Shown here: positions 10,926 through 19,889 of the stretch, piece after piece
Layout: each line of letters opens with the position of its first letter
Numbering within the stretch: the first letter of the stretch is position 1
DNA from: Erysipelotrichaceae bacterium
Lineage (GTDB): Bacteria; Bacillota_I; Bacilli_A; Erysipelotrichales; Erysipelotrichaceae
Length of the DNA stretch: 32,000 bases
Direction of reading: 5' to 3'
Assembly (NCBI GenBank): GCA_963663995.1
Contig: OY760660.1
Span: forward strand, 1,890,001 to 1,922,000
Position numbers and translations under genes: made by a program
Notes under the pieces: model-generated
What the model was told of the DNA's origin: nothing
Seen by the model: only the letters and a program-made list of their open reading frames with translations
Database searches by the model: none

Positions 10926-11843
10926 ATGAGAAACAAGAAGACATTTATCACAGCCCTCGCTTTTTTTTCGGTTTATCTATTCTGGGGTGGTACATACATA
11001 GGTATGAAATTTGCAATAGAATCCTTTCCTCCGTTTTTGATGGCAGGGATTAGACATCTTACAGCTGGAGTAATCTTATTGAGTTATGCATTGATAAAAG
11101 GGGAAGAAAAACCTAATTTAACACAGTTAAAACATGCCGCTATTGTCGGTATTGTGATGTTGATGTTTGGAAATGGTTTGGTTGCTTATGCAGAAAAAGT
11201 AATTCCATCATCGATTGCTTCACTTGTTATTACGACAACTCCATTTTGGATACTTTTACTTAATTGGAAGTTTGGTGATCATAGTCGTCCTAAACGGATT
11301 GAAATCATAACTTTACTCATCGCTTTTTGTGGAATTTTATTATTAATCTTTCAAGGTGATGATATCAATGTTGAACAGTTAGATTTAATGGGCATGATCA
11401 TCATCGCTATTGCCGCATTTTGTTGGTCAGCTGGTTCACTCTATTCTCGCTATAAACCAGTCCCTAAATCATCTTATTACAACATTGCTTCGCAAACGAT
11501 TAGTGGCGGCATTGTACTATTAATTTTCTCATTTACTATTCAGGAAGCTCAAACATTTGATGTTTATGCAATAACAACGAATTCAATCATCGCGATGGTC
11601 TATTTAATTGTATTTGGATCAATCATTGGCTATAGTGCTTATATCTGGTTAATGAAAAATGTTAGTCCTAGTTTAGCTAGTTCTAATGCCTTTATTAATC
11701 CAGTTGTTGCATTAATCTTAGGTTATGTCTTAGCTCATGAGGTCTTAAGTACTCAATCATTAATAGCGGCATTTATTATTATATTAGCAGTCACTTTATT
11801 AACATTAAGCAAACGTAAAAAATCATCGAAGGAGAATTTATGA
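10926..11843 (+). CDS. EamA/DMT family transporter
   Basis: 305 aa, about 10 TM, with the two-EamA-repeat architecture. ATGA overlap with the next gene. Confidence 0.85.
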   Translation: MRNKKTFITALAFFSVYLFWGGTYIGMKFAIESFPPFLMAGIRHLTAGVILLSYALIKGEEKPNLTQLKHAAIVGIVMLMFGNGLVAYAEKVIPSSIASLVITTTPFWILLLNWKFGDHSRPKRIEIITLLIAFCGILLLIFQGDDINVEQLDLMGMIIIAIAAFCWSAGSLYSRYKPVPKSSYYNIASQTISGGIVLLIFSFTIQEAQTFDVYAITTNSIIAMVYLIVFGSIIGYSAYIWLMKNVSPSLASSNAFINPVVALILGYVLAHEVLSTQSLIAAFIIILAVTLLTLSKRKKSSKENL

Positions 11844-13333
11844 AAAAAGAAGAAGCCTTAAAACAATATGAAGAAGTTCGAGAAAAAATAGCATCCTATC
11901 GCTTAGCACTAAATACAAGCTCATGGGATAATGCGACCGTTGCACCCAAAAAAGGAGCAGCTTATCGAAATCAAATGATGGCGATATTATCAGGAGAACT
12001 CTTTAGTATCGAAACGGATCCAAACTATTTAGAACTGATAGAAACGTTAAGCCAAATGGATCTAGAAGATGAGCTCAAAAGAGAGATCATTCAAATCAAA
12101 AAAGACCAAGATAAATCTAAATATATTCCAAAGGATGTTTATATCCAATATGCGCAACTTCTTCATGATGGGGAAACACTATGGGAAGAAGCAAAGGATA
12201 AGAAAGATTATCAGTTATTTAAACCTATGCTCAAACAATTAGTGGAAATGACAAGAAAAGTTGTTTCCTATCGAAAAGATAATCGAAGTGTTTATGATCA
12301 ATTGCTTGATGATTTTGAACCAGATTTTAATGTTGAAAAATATGATATATTCTTTGAAAAATTAAGAACGGATCTCGTTCCTTTAATCCATCAAATAAAT
12401 CAATTAAAGACAAAACGTTTTGCTTGGTTAGATGAAGAAGTCACAATTGATGTACAACGGAAATTAGTTCATAAATTAGCTGAATTTTTACAGTTTTCTA
12501 AAGAAACAGGCTTAATCTCAGAAAGTGCACATCCTTTTAGTGAAGGATTCTCAGCCTTTGATAATCGTGTAACCGTAAAATATCACGAAGATAATTTCAC
12601 ATCATCACTCTTTGCGCTTATTCACGAAGTGGGACATGCGACCTACAATGGACAAGTGGATGAGAAATATAATGGTCACCATGTGGCTAATTCAATGTCT
12701 TATGGTATGCACGAATCACAATCAAGATTATTTGAAAACATGTTAGGACGTTCTAAATCATTTTGGACTAGCCTTTATCCTTTCTTTCAAGAAGAGGTAA
12801 TAAGCTTAAAAGAAGTAAGTTTAGATGAGTTTATTTTAGGAGTTAATTTTGTTGAAAGTTCACTCATTCGTATTGAGGCAGATGAACTCACTTATCCTTT
12901 ACATATCATGGTTCGATATGAGATTGAAAAAGATCTCTTCAATGAAGTGATAGATGTTGAAGGATTAGATGAAGTTTGGGCTAATAAATATGAAGCCTAT
13001 TTAGGCATACGTCCACAAAATGCTTCAGAAGGCATTCTACAAGATATCCATTGGTCAGGTGGTGCATTTGGATACTTTCCAACCTATGCTTTAGGTTCAG
13101 CTTACTCAGCGCAATGGATGCATCAAATGCGAAAAGATCTAGATGTAGATCAGATATTAGAAAGTGGAAATATCAAAGATATCTTAGATTGGTTAAAAGA
13201 AAAAATACATCATAGTGGTGGATTATACAAAGCTGAAGAACTTTTAAATGAAGTCACGACTGAAGCATTTAATCCTCAATATTATGTCGATTACTTAGTC
13301 GATAAGTTTAAAACTCAATATCAAATAAAATAA
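11840..13333 (+). CDS. carboxypeptidase M32 (Taq-type metallocarboxypeptidase)
   Basis: 497 aa. HEVGHATY (HExxH), HESQSRLFEN and IRIEADELTYPLHIMVRYEIE blocks are typical of family M32. Confidence 0.9.
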   Translation: MKKEEALKQYEEVREKIASYRLALNTSSWDNATVAPKKGAAYRNQMMAILSGELFSIETDPNYLELIETLSQMDLEDELKREIIQIKKDQDKSKYIPKDVYIQYAQLLHDGETLWEEAKDKKDYQLFKPMLKQLVEMTRKVVSYRKDNRSVYDQLLDDFEPDFNVEKYDIFFEKLRTDLVPLIHQINQLKTKRFAWLDEEVTIDVQRKLVHKLAEFLQFSKETGLISESAHPFSEGFSAFDNRVTVKYHEDNFTSSLFALIHEVGHATYNGQVDEKYNGHHVANSMSYGMHESQSRLFENMLGRSKSFWTSLYPFFQEEVISLKEVSLDEFILGVNFVESSLIRIEADELTYPLHIMVRYEIEKDLFNEVIDVEGLDEVWANKYEAYLGIRPQNASEGILQDIHWSGGAFGYFPTYALGSAYSAQWMHQMRKDLDVDQILESGNIKDILDWLKEKIHHSGGLYKAEELLNEVTTEAFNPQYYVDYLVDKFKTQYQIK

Positions 13334-13356
13334 AGACCTTCGGGTCTTTATTTTTC
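13332..13356. terminator. bidirectional rho-independent terminator
   Basis: AAAGACC-TTCG-GGTCTTT hairpin followed by ATTTTT and preceded by an A run. It lies between convergent genes. Confidence 0.75.
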
Positions 13357-13905
13357 ATAGATTAGTTCTGCTTTTGAGACAAAATAATTCGTATCATCAT
13401 AGTCTAACTTTAGTTTTTTAAATTCTGATATCATTTCTTCGATTGTTTCGAATTCATAGTCATAGTTCGGGGACGTATTTTCCATTTCTATAAATAAGAA
13501 CGCATGATTAACCCATTGCGTAATTAAACTAAACTTACCATTATAGTAAACTCGACATTGATCAAAGACATTAATCAATACTTTATAATTTAAACTTTCA
13601 AAATATTTAATGGTATTATCACGGTTATAAATCGTGAAATCAAAATCTTTTTGATCAAGAATATCTCCGTTATCTGAATAGTCTTTTTCTTTATAGATTA
13701 TTTTATAGGAATCTCTGTTTTTTCGTAAGATGAGACAACGTTTTAAAATATCTTGAAACTTCATGATATTTGTATTAACTGTATTTGAAATAAAGTAAAT
13801 ATCATCCAAATCAAAATCTTCAATTTGTTTGAAATGTAGTTTTTTTAATTGTTTATCTAAATGGTCTAAATCACCATTCATTCGGACTGTAATCTCATTT
13901 TTCAT
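13348..13905 (-). CDS. CYTH-like domain protein (putative; degenerate ExExK)
   Basis: Start moved to ATG 13905 (MKNEITVRM...), because the upstream 17 codons of the tracked ORF are the terminator of the preceding gene. EITVR..DDIYF..LILRK..YKEK..FLFIEME spacing resembles the CYTH/CyaB-like beta-barrel pattern. Confidence 0.4.
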   Translation of the reverse strand: MKNEITVRMNGDLDHLDKQLKKLHFKQIEDFDLDDIYFISNTVNTNIMKFQDILKRCLILRKNRDSYKIIYKEKDYSDNGDILDQKDFDFTIYNRDNTIKYFESLNYKVLINVFDQCRVYYNGKFSLITQWVNHAFLFIEMENTSPNYDYEFETIEEMISEFKKLKLDYDDTNYFVSKAELIYEK

Positions 13906-13924
13906 AATCAATAGTATTATTATA

Positions 13925-13956
13925 AAACAAAAAAAGTGAAAACATGGCGTTTTCAC
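13925..13956 (-). terminator. rho-independent terminator after the GGDEF/HD-GYP gene
   Basis: Minus strand reads GTGAAAAC-GCCAT-GTTTTCAC followed by TTTTTTTGTTTT, starting 2 nt after the TAA at 13958-13960. Confidence 0.8.
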
Positions 13957-13957
13957 T

Positions 13958-16507
13958 TTAAGCTCTCAGTTCAATATCGAAGGACTGGGCACGAGTTGGC
14001 TCAATCATAACTTCACCTTGATTGATTAAATTAATAAAGATATCAGCGAGTTTTGGATCAAACTGTGCTCCAGCATTACGTCTAATTTCTTCTATCGCAT
14101 ATTCAACCGTATGATTGGTTTTATAATGACGATCAGATGTTATCGCATCAAAGGCATCAGCTAAACAAATACATCTTGCCCCAAATGGAATATTTTCTGC
14201 ACATAACTTTCTAGGATAACCGCGTCCATCATAGCGTTCATGATGCCCAATAACGGCTGGGATAACTTTACTAAAGGTTGGTAAGTATTTAATGATGGTG
14301 ACAGATAGATCAACATGTCGTTTCATAACTTCAAATTCTTCATTCGTTAAACGATCTGTCTTTGTTAAGATGTGCTCAGGAATACCAATTTTGCCGATAT
14401 CATGAAGCAAGGATGCTTGACGGATAATTTCAATTTCACTCTCACTAGCACCTGCTGCATGAGCAATTGCAGTCGCATATTTGGCAACCCTTTGTGAATG
14501 ACCAAATGTAATATGATCTTTCGCATCAATTGTTGCGGTTAATGCATAAATTGTCGCCCATTGATTTTCACTTAAATCAAATTCAGCGACGGGAGTTTCA
14601 GCTACTTCATTTGTATAAATGGTTGTTCGATTACGACCATTACGTTTTGAATAGATTAAAGCAGTATTTGCATTTTTTAATAAACTGACGGCTTCACTAC
14701 AGGCACTTGGATAGACACATAAGCCTACAGATACAGAAATATAGCGTTCAGTTTCATTGATGTTAGAGACAGATAAACCTTCAATTTGAGTACGTATCTT
14801 TTCAGCTAAATCATAACTTTGTTTAGTATCAGCACCATTCAGAAGGACACCAAAAATATCACCGGCATATCTAAAGACTAAGGTTGACTCATGAACACTA
14901 CGTTTAATTCGATCAGCGACTTTTGTTAGTACGATATCACCTGCAAGATGACCATAAATATCGTTATAAACAGTTAAGGAATCAATACCAAATAGAGTTA
15001 AAGATAAACTTAATGGTTTAGACTCAACTTGTTTGTTGAGAGCTTCCATGAAATATCGATGATTATAAGTTTGGGTCAATGAATCAGTAATAGCCTCAGT
15101 TTGCGTTCTTTCGAAAAGCAAAGCATTGGTGAGGGCCATTGCCGCAGTTGAACACATTAATTCAATAGATTCAATATGGTTAAAGGCTTCAATAGAACGA
15201 TGATCATTATGACATAAAAGCATGAATCCAATTAAATCATGGTGAACTTTAAGAGGGATCGCAACTTCGAATAATAATTCATTTAAAGAATTAAAATCTT
15301 CTTCCCACATGGATTTAAAGAGTGGATGTTGATAGAGGTCTTCGCCACGAATTGGCGTATCATCATTTTCAAACCACTTTGCAAAGGCGTGATTTAAACT
15401 AAATTGTAATCTCTTTCGCTCTAGTTTTTTAGATGATGCATAACATTCATATTTTTCCTGAACAGTATTTTTCAAGTAAAGATGAATCTTACCGTGTTCT
15501 AAAATGGATTGAGACACTCTAATCAATTCTTCACTAATTTCTTTAGCATTTAAATTATTCGCAACAGATTGAGTGAAATTATGGATTTCTGCTTCTCTTT
15601 TGATTTCATCTTTATAAAAGAATTTATTAATAAGTTTATGTAAAATCATAAAAATAGGTTGGAAAATTAGAATACCGATGACAATAGCTACAACTAACAT
15701 GATGGATTCATCAATACCTGTATTTAATGATTGAAAGAAAGCCCATGCGTTATTCAAAAGAACAGATGTGCCAATCGATAATAATACTAAAGCCACACTT
15801 AAAGTTAATGCTTTCGTAATTACAATCTTTAATTCAATAATACGATTTGCGTAAACAGCTTTCATCATTATAAGCACAGCAATCGACCCAGCAAAGAAGT
15901 CAAAAGGATATTTACCAATAACCGGAACTAGATTAATCCCCATCCCAACAAAGATAATAAATAATGAAATGACAATTTGTTTTAAACCTTTATTGATTGA
16001 AATGGATGATTTAATATGATTACGAGCGATGAGGAAGCACGCCATTAATTGAAGGAATATAATGCCATATGAAACATATGCTCCCCACGTTAATGTGTAG
16101 TTAAGTTGTGTATATGGAGCGACTGATAATGTAACCATTTCAGCTTCTGTCGTCACAAAACCTGTAAAAATTAGTCCGAGAATGAAAACATCTAAAAGCC
16201 CCCAAAGGATTAATGGTAACCAACGTTTTCTCTCGATATATACATTTAAGAAAATATAACTAGCATAGGGTAGAACAGCACTACCTAAAATCATCATATG
16301 ATTATAAAAGAGAGTACCAGGGTAAAAATTAAGTTTCATCAAAAGTGATGATGCTGTCCAAATAGCCATTGAGAAAACAACAAAAGTAAAAGATTTTATG
16401 GTGGCATCTTTCTTCGATAAAACCAGAATGCCTAATAAGCTTAAACTTAAAAGGAATGCAATTGAAGGGAGTCCCCAGTAAAATAGTGTTAAACCATAAT
16501 CACTCAT
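13958..16507 (-). CDS. membrane sensor protein: N-terminal polytopic (7TM-type) domain, GAF-like linker, degenerate GGDEF (AGDIF), HD-GYP c-di-GMP phosphodiesterase domain
   Basis: 849 aa. About 290 aa of TM helices. GGDEF-fold blocks (DSLTQTYNHRYF, GIDSLTVYNDIYGHLAGD), but the signature reads RYAGDIFG. HD-GYP signature is intact (HSQRVA, LLHDIGKIGIP, HHERYDGRGYP). ATGA overlap with the upstream GH3 gene. Confidence 0.9.
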   Translation of the reverse strand: MSDYGLTLFYWGLPSIAFLLSLSLLGILVLSKKDATIKSFTFVVFSMAIWTASSLLMKLNFYPGTLFYNHMMILGSAVLPYASYIFLNVYIERKRWLPLILWGLLDVFILGLIFTGFVTTEAEMVTLSVAPYTQLNYTLTWGAYVSYGIIFLQLMACFLIARNHIKSSISINKGLKQIVISLFIIFVGMGINLVPVIGKYPFDFFAGSIAVLIMMKAVYANRIIELKIVITKALTLSVALVLLSIGTSVLLNNAWAFFQSLNTGIDESIMLVVAIVIGILIFQPIFMILHKLINKFFYKDEIKREAEIHNFTQSVANNLNAKEISEELIRVSQSILEHGKIHLYLKNTVQEKYECYASSKKLERKRLQFSLNHAFAKWFENDDTPIRGEDLYQHPLFKSMWEEDFNSLNELLFEVAIPLKVHHDLIGFMLLCHNDHRSIEAFNHIESIELMCSTAAMALTNALLFERTQTEAITDSLTQTYNHRYFMEALNKQVESKPLSLSLTLFGIDSLTVYNDIYGHLAGDIVLTKVADRIKRSVHESTLVFRYAGDIFGVLLNGADTKQSYDLAEKIRTQIEGLSVSNINETERYISVSVGLCVYPSACSEAVSLLKNANTALIYSKRNGRNRTTIYTNEVAETPVAEFDLSENQWATIYALTATIDAKDHITFGHSQRVAKYATAIAHAAGASESEIEIIRQASLLHDIGKIGIPEHILTKTDRLTNEEFEVMKRHVDLSVTIIKYLPTFSKVIPAVIGHHERYDGRGYPRKLCAENIPFGARCICLADAFDAITSDRHYKTNHTVEYAIEEIRRNAGAQFDPKLADIFINLINQGEVMIEPTRAQSFDIELRA

Positions 16508-18135
16508 GAAACTTTCCTCCCAAAGGCACGTTTAAGTATTTCTACCACATCAAAGTGATTTGGATTTACGCGCGCAACTTTGTGATGAATCGTTTTTTGA
16601 TAGGCACTAATGGTCCCAAAAGGTAAAACAGTAATTGTTAAAGGATCAATTCCTAACATTTTCTTTAAATTTTTAAAATCTTGATCAACATAAGCAAAAT
16701 TTAATTCTAATTGAGCTTGAATTAAATCAACTCGATCCCATCCTAAATCATCTTGTTTGTGATTAAGCTCAATCGCTAGATTCAAATAAGGACGTTGTTG
16801 ATCATCGTAACACTTACGTGCAAACCAATTGGATATTGGTAAACGTGATAATTTAATAACTTCGGTAAGTGTTTCTTCAGTAATACGGGTAAAACCAGCT
16901 AAGTCTACGACTGGATCAACTCGATCAATATATCTTAGATGTGGCAAAGCAATGCCATCTTTTGTTCGTTCTAATACTTCACATTTAAAGACATCACCAA
17001 CACGATATCTGGCAAAAGCACCGCCTTTAAAAGTAGTGATAACTAACTCATAAGATTCATCTTCTTTTAGTTCATCCATTAAATATGTTTTTGGTTGATA
17101 ATTAGGATCTTCCAAATTTGCATAAAATTCATGCATCGGAATGAACTCATAGAAACAAATATGTGGTAGGAAGATTAGACCGTCTTTCTCCCATGATTCC
17201 ACACCAATGCATGTAGGTTCTGTACCACCAAACACCTCTAGTGGAACAACACCCCAGTAATCTGCAATTCTCTTTTTGAAATGCAGAGTATCTGTACCAA
17301 TACAAACAAAGCCTTTTAAATCAAATACATCTTTTGGGTAAATTGGTTGCTTAGAAAAATGACTCTTGATTTTTGCATGAGCAAATTTTGATATTTGAGA
17401 CAATTTAAAATCTAATAAATTTGCACTACCAGAAGTTCCTTCACTGAATTGTTCAGACATTCTAACAATGACAGAACTTAAACCATAGAATAAGTCTAAT
17501 CCTTGTTGAATCCCCATTTTAAAGCCTTCTTTATTTCTTTGTGAGAAGCTCATTTTTAAGCCTTCATCAATAGGTGGAAAATAGTTAACACTAAAATCAT
17601 CTCGAATGACATCAGGTAATAGTCCTGTTAAATATGGAAGAGGAGCCATACCATTAAGGAAATTCATTCCAGGTTTTAAATCAAAGTGCCCTTTACGACG
17701 TGAGGATGCTAACATAATGCACGTAAAAGCAGAATCACGGTAATTGCGAATCATTGCTTCGGTATATGGCGCAAGTTTGATTGGTGCTTTACCACCAACC
17801 CAAGTTGTTTCAATCCAAATGGCTGCTGGTGCAGGTAACATATTTTCTTGTTTACTCAAGAGAATATCAGCGTAATCTTCATAAGATGTTAATGGTACTT
17901 TTGTTCTAAATTCACTCATCGAATTTATTTGCTGACCATTAAATAATTTTTGTCCTAATTCACATTTATTAAAGAGTTGAATTTGTTCTAAAAGAAGTTG
18001 TTCTTGAATAGCCATAAACTCAGAAACTGATAAATCTAAAAAGCCACAATAACGATTCCATAGTTCTTTGTGGTTTTTACGTTTCAGATGTTCATCAAAA
18101 CTTAAGTGCGATGTACTTAAGATGGATTCTGACAT
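16504..18135 (-). CDS. GH3 family protein (acyl-acid amido synthetase-like adenylating enzyme)
   Basis: 543 aa. The N-terminal FRTKVPLTSYEDYADIL block and overall length/architecture are typical of bacterial GH3 'auxin-responsive promoter' family proteins. Confidence 0.75.
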   Translation of the reverse strand: MSESILSTSHLSFDEHLKRKNHKELWNRYCGFLDLSVSEFMAIQEQLLLEQIQLFNKCELGQKLFNGQQINSMSEFRTKVPLTSYEDYADILLSKQENMLPAPAAIWIETTWVGGKAPIKLAPYTEAMIRNYRDSAFTCIMLASSRRKGHFDLKPGMNFLNGMAPLPYLTGLLPDVIRDDFSVNYFPPIDEGLKMSFSQRNKEGFKMGIQQGLDLFYGLSSVIVRMSEQFSEGTSGSANLLDFKLSQISKFAHAKIKSHFSKQPIYPKDVFDLKGFVCIGTDTLHFKKRIADYWGVVPLEVFGGTEPTCIGVESWEKDGLIFLPHICFYEFIPMHEFYANLEDPNYQPKTYLMDELKEDESYELVITTFKGGAFARYRVGDVFKCEVLERTKDGIALPHLRYIDRVDPVVDLAGFTRITEETLTEVIKLSRLPISNWFARKCYDDQQRPYLNLAIELNHKQDDLGWDRVDLIQAQLELNFAYVDQDFKNLKKMLGIDPLTITVLPFGTISAYQKTIHHKVARVNPNHFDVVEILKRAFGRKVS

Positions 18136-18668
18136 GAACTTGTCTCCTTTAACTTTATAAATAGAAATGGTACTTTTTCTTGATAATCAAGATAACCAGG
18201 TATCGATTGCGGAAAAATTACTGTATCTTGTATCGCCACATGAATTAAATCAAAGATTGACCAAATAATTGCGGTTAATAAAATTAGGAAACTGCCAGAT
18301 GCTAAGGTAAAACCAAGCCCCATGAGAATAAATCCCCAAACGCCAGGATGACGACATAGTGAATATATACCATGATCAACTAATTTTACTTCATCTAACT
18401 TCGTGTATGTATCTGCATAAGGTAGGGCAAAAAACAAAGCATAAATTTGTTCAATTGCACCAATGACAACTAATGAATAGAAAAGATAATTGGAAGAAAA
18501 TGTACCATATAGATCTTTTTGAATGAAAATCATTGTCAATGAAACGATAAGTAGAATGATTGAAAAAGGGAATAAAGCATTCAAAATATGATGCCATTTA
18601 TAAATTTTATTCAAGTCAAAAAGAGTTAGTAAAATGAATGATGTACAACCAATTACGATCCAGTTCAT
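18117..18668 (-). CDS. ICMT/PEMT-like membrane methyltransferase family protein
   Basis: Polytopic. GIYSLCRHPGVWGFILMGLG resembles the RHPxY-type motif of isoprenylcysteine carboxyl / phospholipid methyltransferase-like proteins. ATG 18668 is preferred over TTG 18692 (GGGGAAGGG SD-like upstream). Confidence 0.6.
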   Translation of the reverse strand: MNWIVIGCTSFILLTLFDLNKIYKWHHILNALFPFSIILLIVSLTMIFIQKDLYGTFSSNYLFYSLVVIGAIEQIYALFFALPYADTYTKLDEVKLVDHGIYSLCRHPGVWGFILMGLGFTLASGSFLILLTAIIWSIFDLIHVAIQDTVIFPQSIPGYLDYQEKVPFLFIKLKETSSCQNPS

Positions 18669-18693
18669 AAAACCCTTCCCCTGGGTCAACAAA

Positions 18694-18795
18694 CAAAAAA
18701 CCGACCCAAAAACGTGGCCGGTTACGCTACTAGCTCATACAGGGGATAAGCGTCCAAATTTACCCTGTAATCAAGGCTTCCGATATATACTTGTA
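18694..18795 (-). promoter_or_regulatory. candidate c-di-GMP class II riboswitch with intrinsic-terminator expression platform
   Basis: Minus-strand RNA: CGGAAGCCUUGAUUACAGGGUAAAUUUGGACGCUUAUCCCCUGUAUGAGCUAGUAGCGUAACCGGCCACGUUUUUGGGUCGGUUUUUU. It shares the AAAUU(U)GG, GAGyUAGUAG and AACCGrCC blocks of the class II aptamer as I recall it. Two helices show compensatory changes (ACAGGG/CCCUGU and ACGC/GCGU). ACCGGCC also forms the 5' arm of a terminator (pairs with GGGUCGGU, then U6). Confidence 0.65.
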
Positions 18796-18800
18796 GAGCC

Positions 18801-18829
18801 ATTATAGAATCAAAAAATGCCCACTACAA
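18801..18829 (-). promoter_or_regulatory. sigma-A-type promoter of the riboswitch-led operon
   Basis: Minus strand reads TTGTAG, a 17-nt spacer, then TATAAT, placed immediately upstream of the aptamer. Confidence 0.5.
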
Positions 18830-19017
18830 GCCTTTTTAAGTCGAAAATCGCATATTATTGAAAAGTTTTCATAAAGATTATATGAATGTGAATATATATA
18901 GACATATTCATAATAAAAGGGTAAATATTTATGAAGAATTATAAATCATAAAACTTATTTGTAAGATAATAAGACTATCCTATAAAATAAACTAAAGAAG
19001 TAAAGGAAGAAAAATTA

Positions 19018-19872
19018 ATGAAATTATGTGTATTTATTGAAAATAATGAAAAACAAATAGGAATTAAAACGGACAAAGGAATTATTCACCTTAGAAAAAC
19101 GGCTGAGTTAGCTCAAATCAATTTTCCACAATCAATAGAAGATATTATTGAAAAAGGTTTTGATGAAATAAAAGAGCTTTGTAATAAAGAAGTCGTTTTA
19201 TGTGATGAGAGTGAAATTACTTTTGCTCCAGTTCTATCAAATCCAGAAAAGATACTTTGTGTTGGTTTAAATTATCAAAGTCATCAAGAAGAAACGAAAA
19301 TGGCTAAACAAGATTATCCAACCATCTTTTCCAAATTTAATAATTCACTCGCAGCTCATAATGAAGACATTAAAACGATAGCCTTTGCCTCACAATATGA
19401 TTATGAAGTAGAGCTAGTTATCGTTATGGAAAGAGAATGCCGTGATGTAACTGAAGCCAATGCTCTTGATTATGTCTTTGGCTATACTATCGGAAACGAT
19501 GTCAGTGCACGTGATCTACAAACTCGTACGAGTCAATGGTTGATGGGAAAAACTTTTGATGGCTTTGCGCCAATTGGACCATATCTTGTCACAAGTGATG
19601 AAATTGATCCAAGTAATTTAAAGATCACAACGAAAGTTAATGGTGAAATTAGACAAGATGGTTATACAAAAGACATGATATTTGATTGTAAGTATATTGT
19701 TAGCTATTTATCAAAATATATGACTTTAAAACCAGGAGATATTATTTTCACTGGTACACCAAGTGGTGTTATTCTTGGCTATCCTGAAGATAAAAAAATA
19801 TGGTTAAAAGCAGGAGATGTCATGGAAGTCAGTATCGAAAATATCGGTACATTAAGGAATCGATTAATCTAA
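19018..19872 (+). CDS. fumarylacetoacetate hydrolase (FAH) family protein
   Basis: 284 aa. VGLNYQSH, YEVELVIVM, GYTIGNDVSARDLQ and GDIIFTGTPSGV blocks are typical of the FAH / 2-keto-4-pentenoate hydratase family. Confidence 0.9.
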   Translation: MKLCVFIENNEKQIGIKTDKGIIHLRKTAELAQINFPQSIEDIIEKGFDEIKELCNKEVVLCDESEITFAPVLSNPEKILCVGLNYQSHQEETKMAKQDYPTIFSKFNNSLAAHNEDIKTIAFASQYDYEVELVIVMERECRDVTEANALDYVFGYTIGNDVSARDLQTRTSQWLMGKTFDGFAPIGPYLVTSDEIDPSNLKITTKVNGEIRQDGYTKDMIFDCKYIVSYLSKYMTLKPGDIIFTGTPSGVILGYPEDKKIWLKAGDVMEVSIENIGTLRNRLI

Positions 19873-19889
19873 AGAAAAAGGAGAGAAAT

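Noticed and set aside
13906-13956. N-terminal 17-codon extension (MKTPCFHFFCFIIILLI) of the 13348-13956 ORF
   Set aside because: These codons are the translation of the terminator hairpin and T run of the upstream gene. The ATG at 13905 gives a sensible start.
18669-18692. TTG-initiated extension (MLTQGKGF) of the ICMT-like ORF
   Set aside because: The extension would start inside the riboswitch terminator tail and read through the SD-like GGGGAAGGG. ATG 18668 is better placed.
18860-18915. Imperfect inverted repeat ATGAATGTG...GACATATTCAT upstream of the FAH-family gene as an operator
   Set aside because: Only 6 bp pair cleanly in a very AT-rich spacer, which is indistinguishable from chance.
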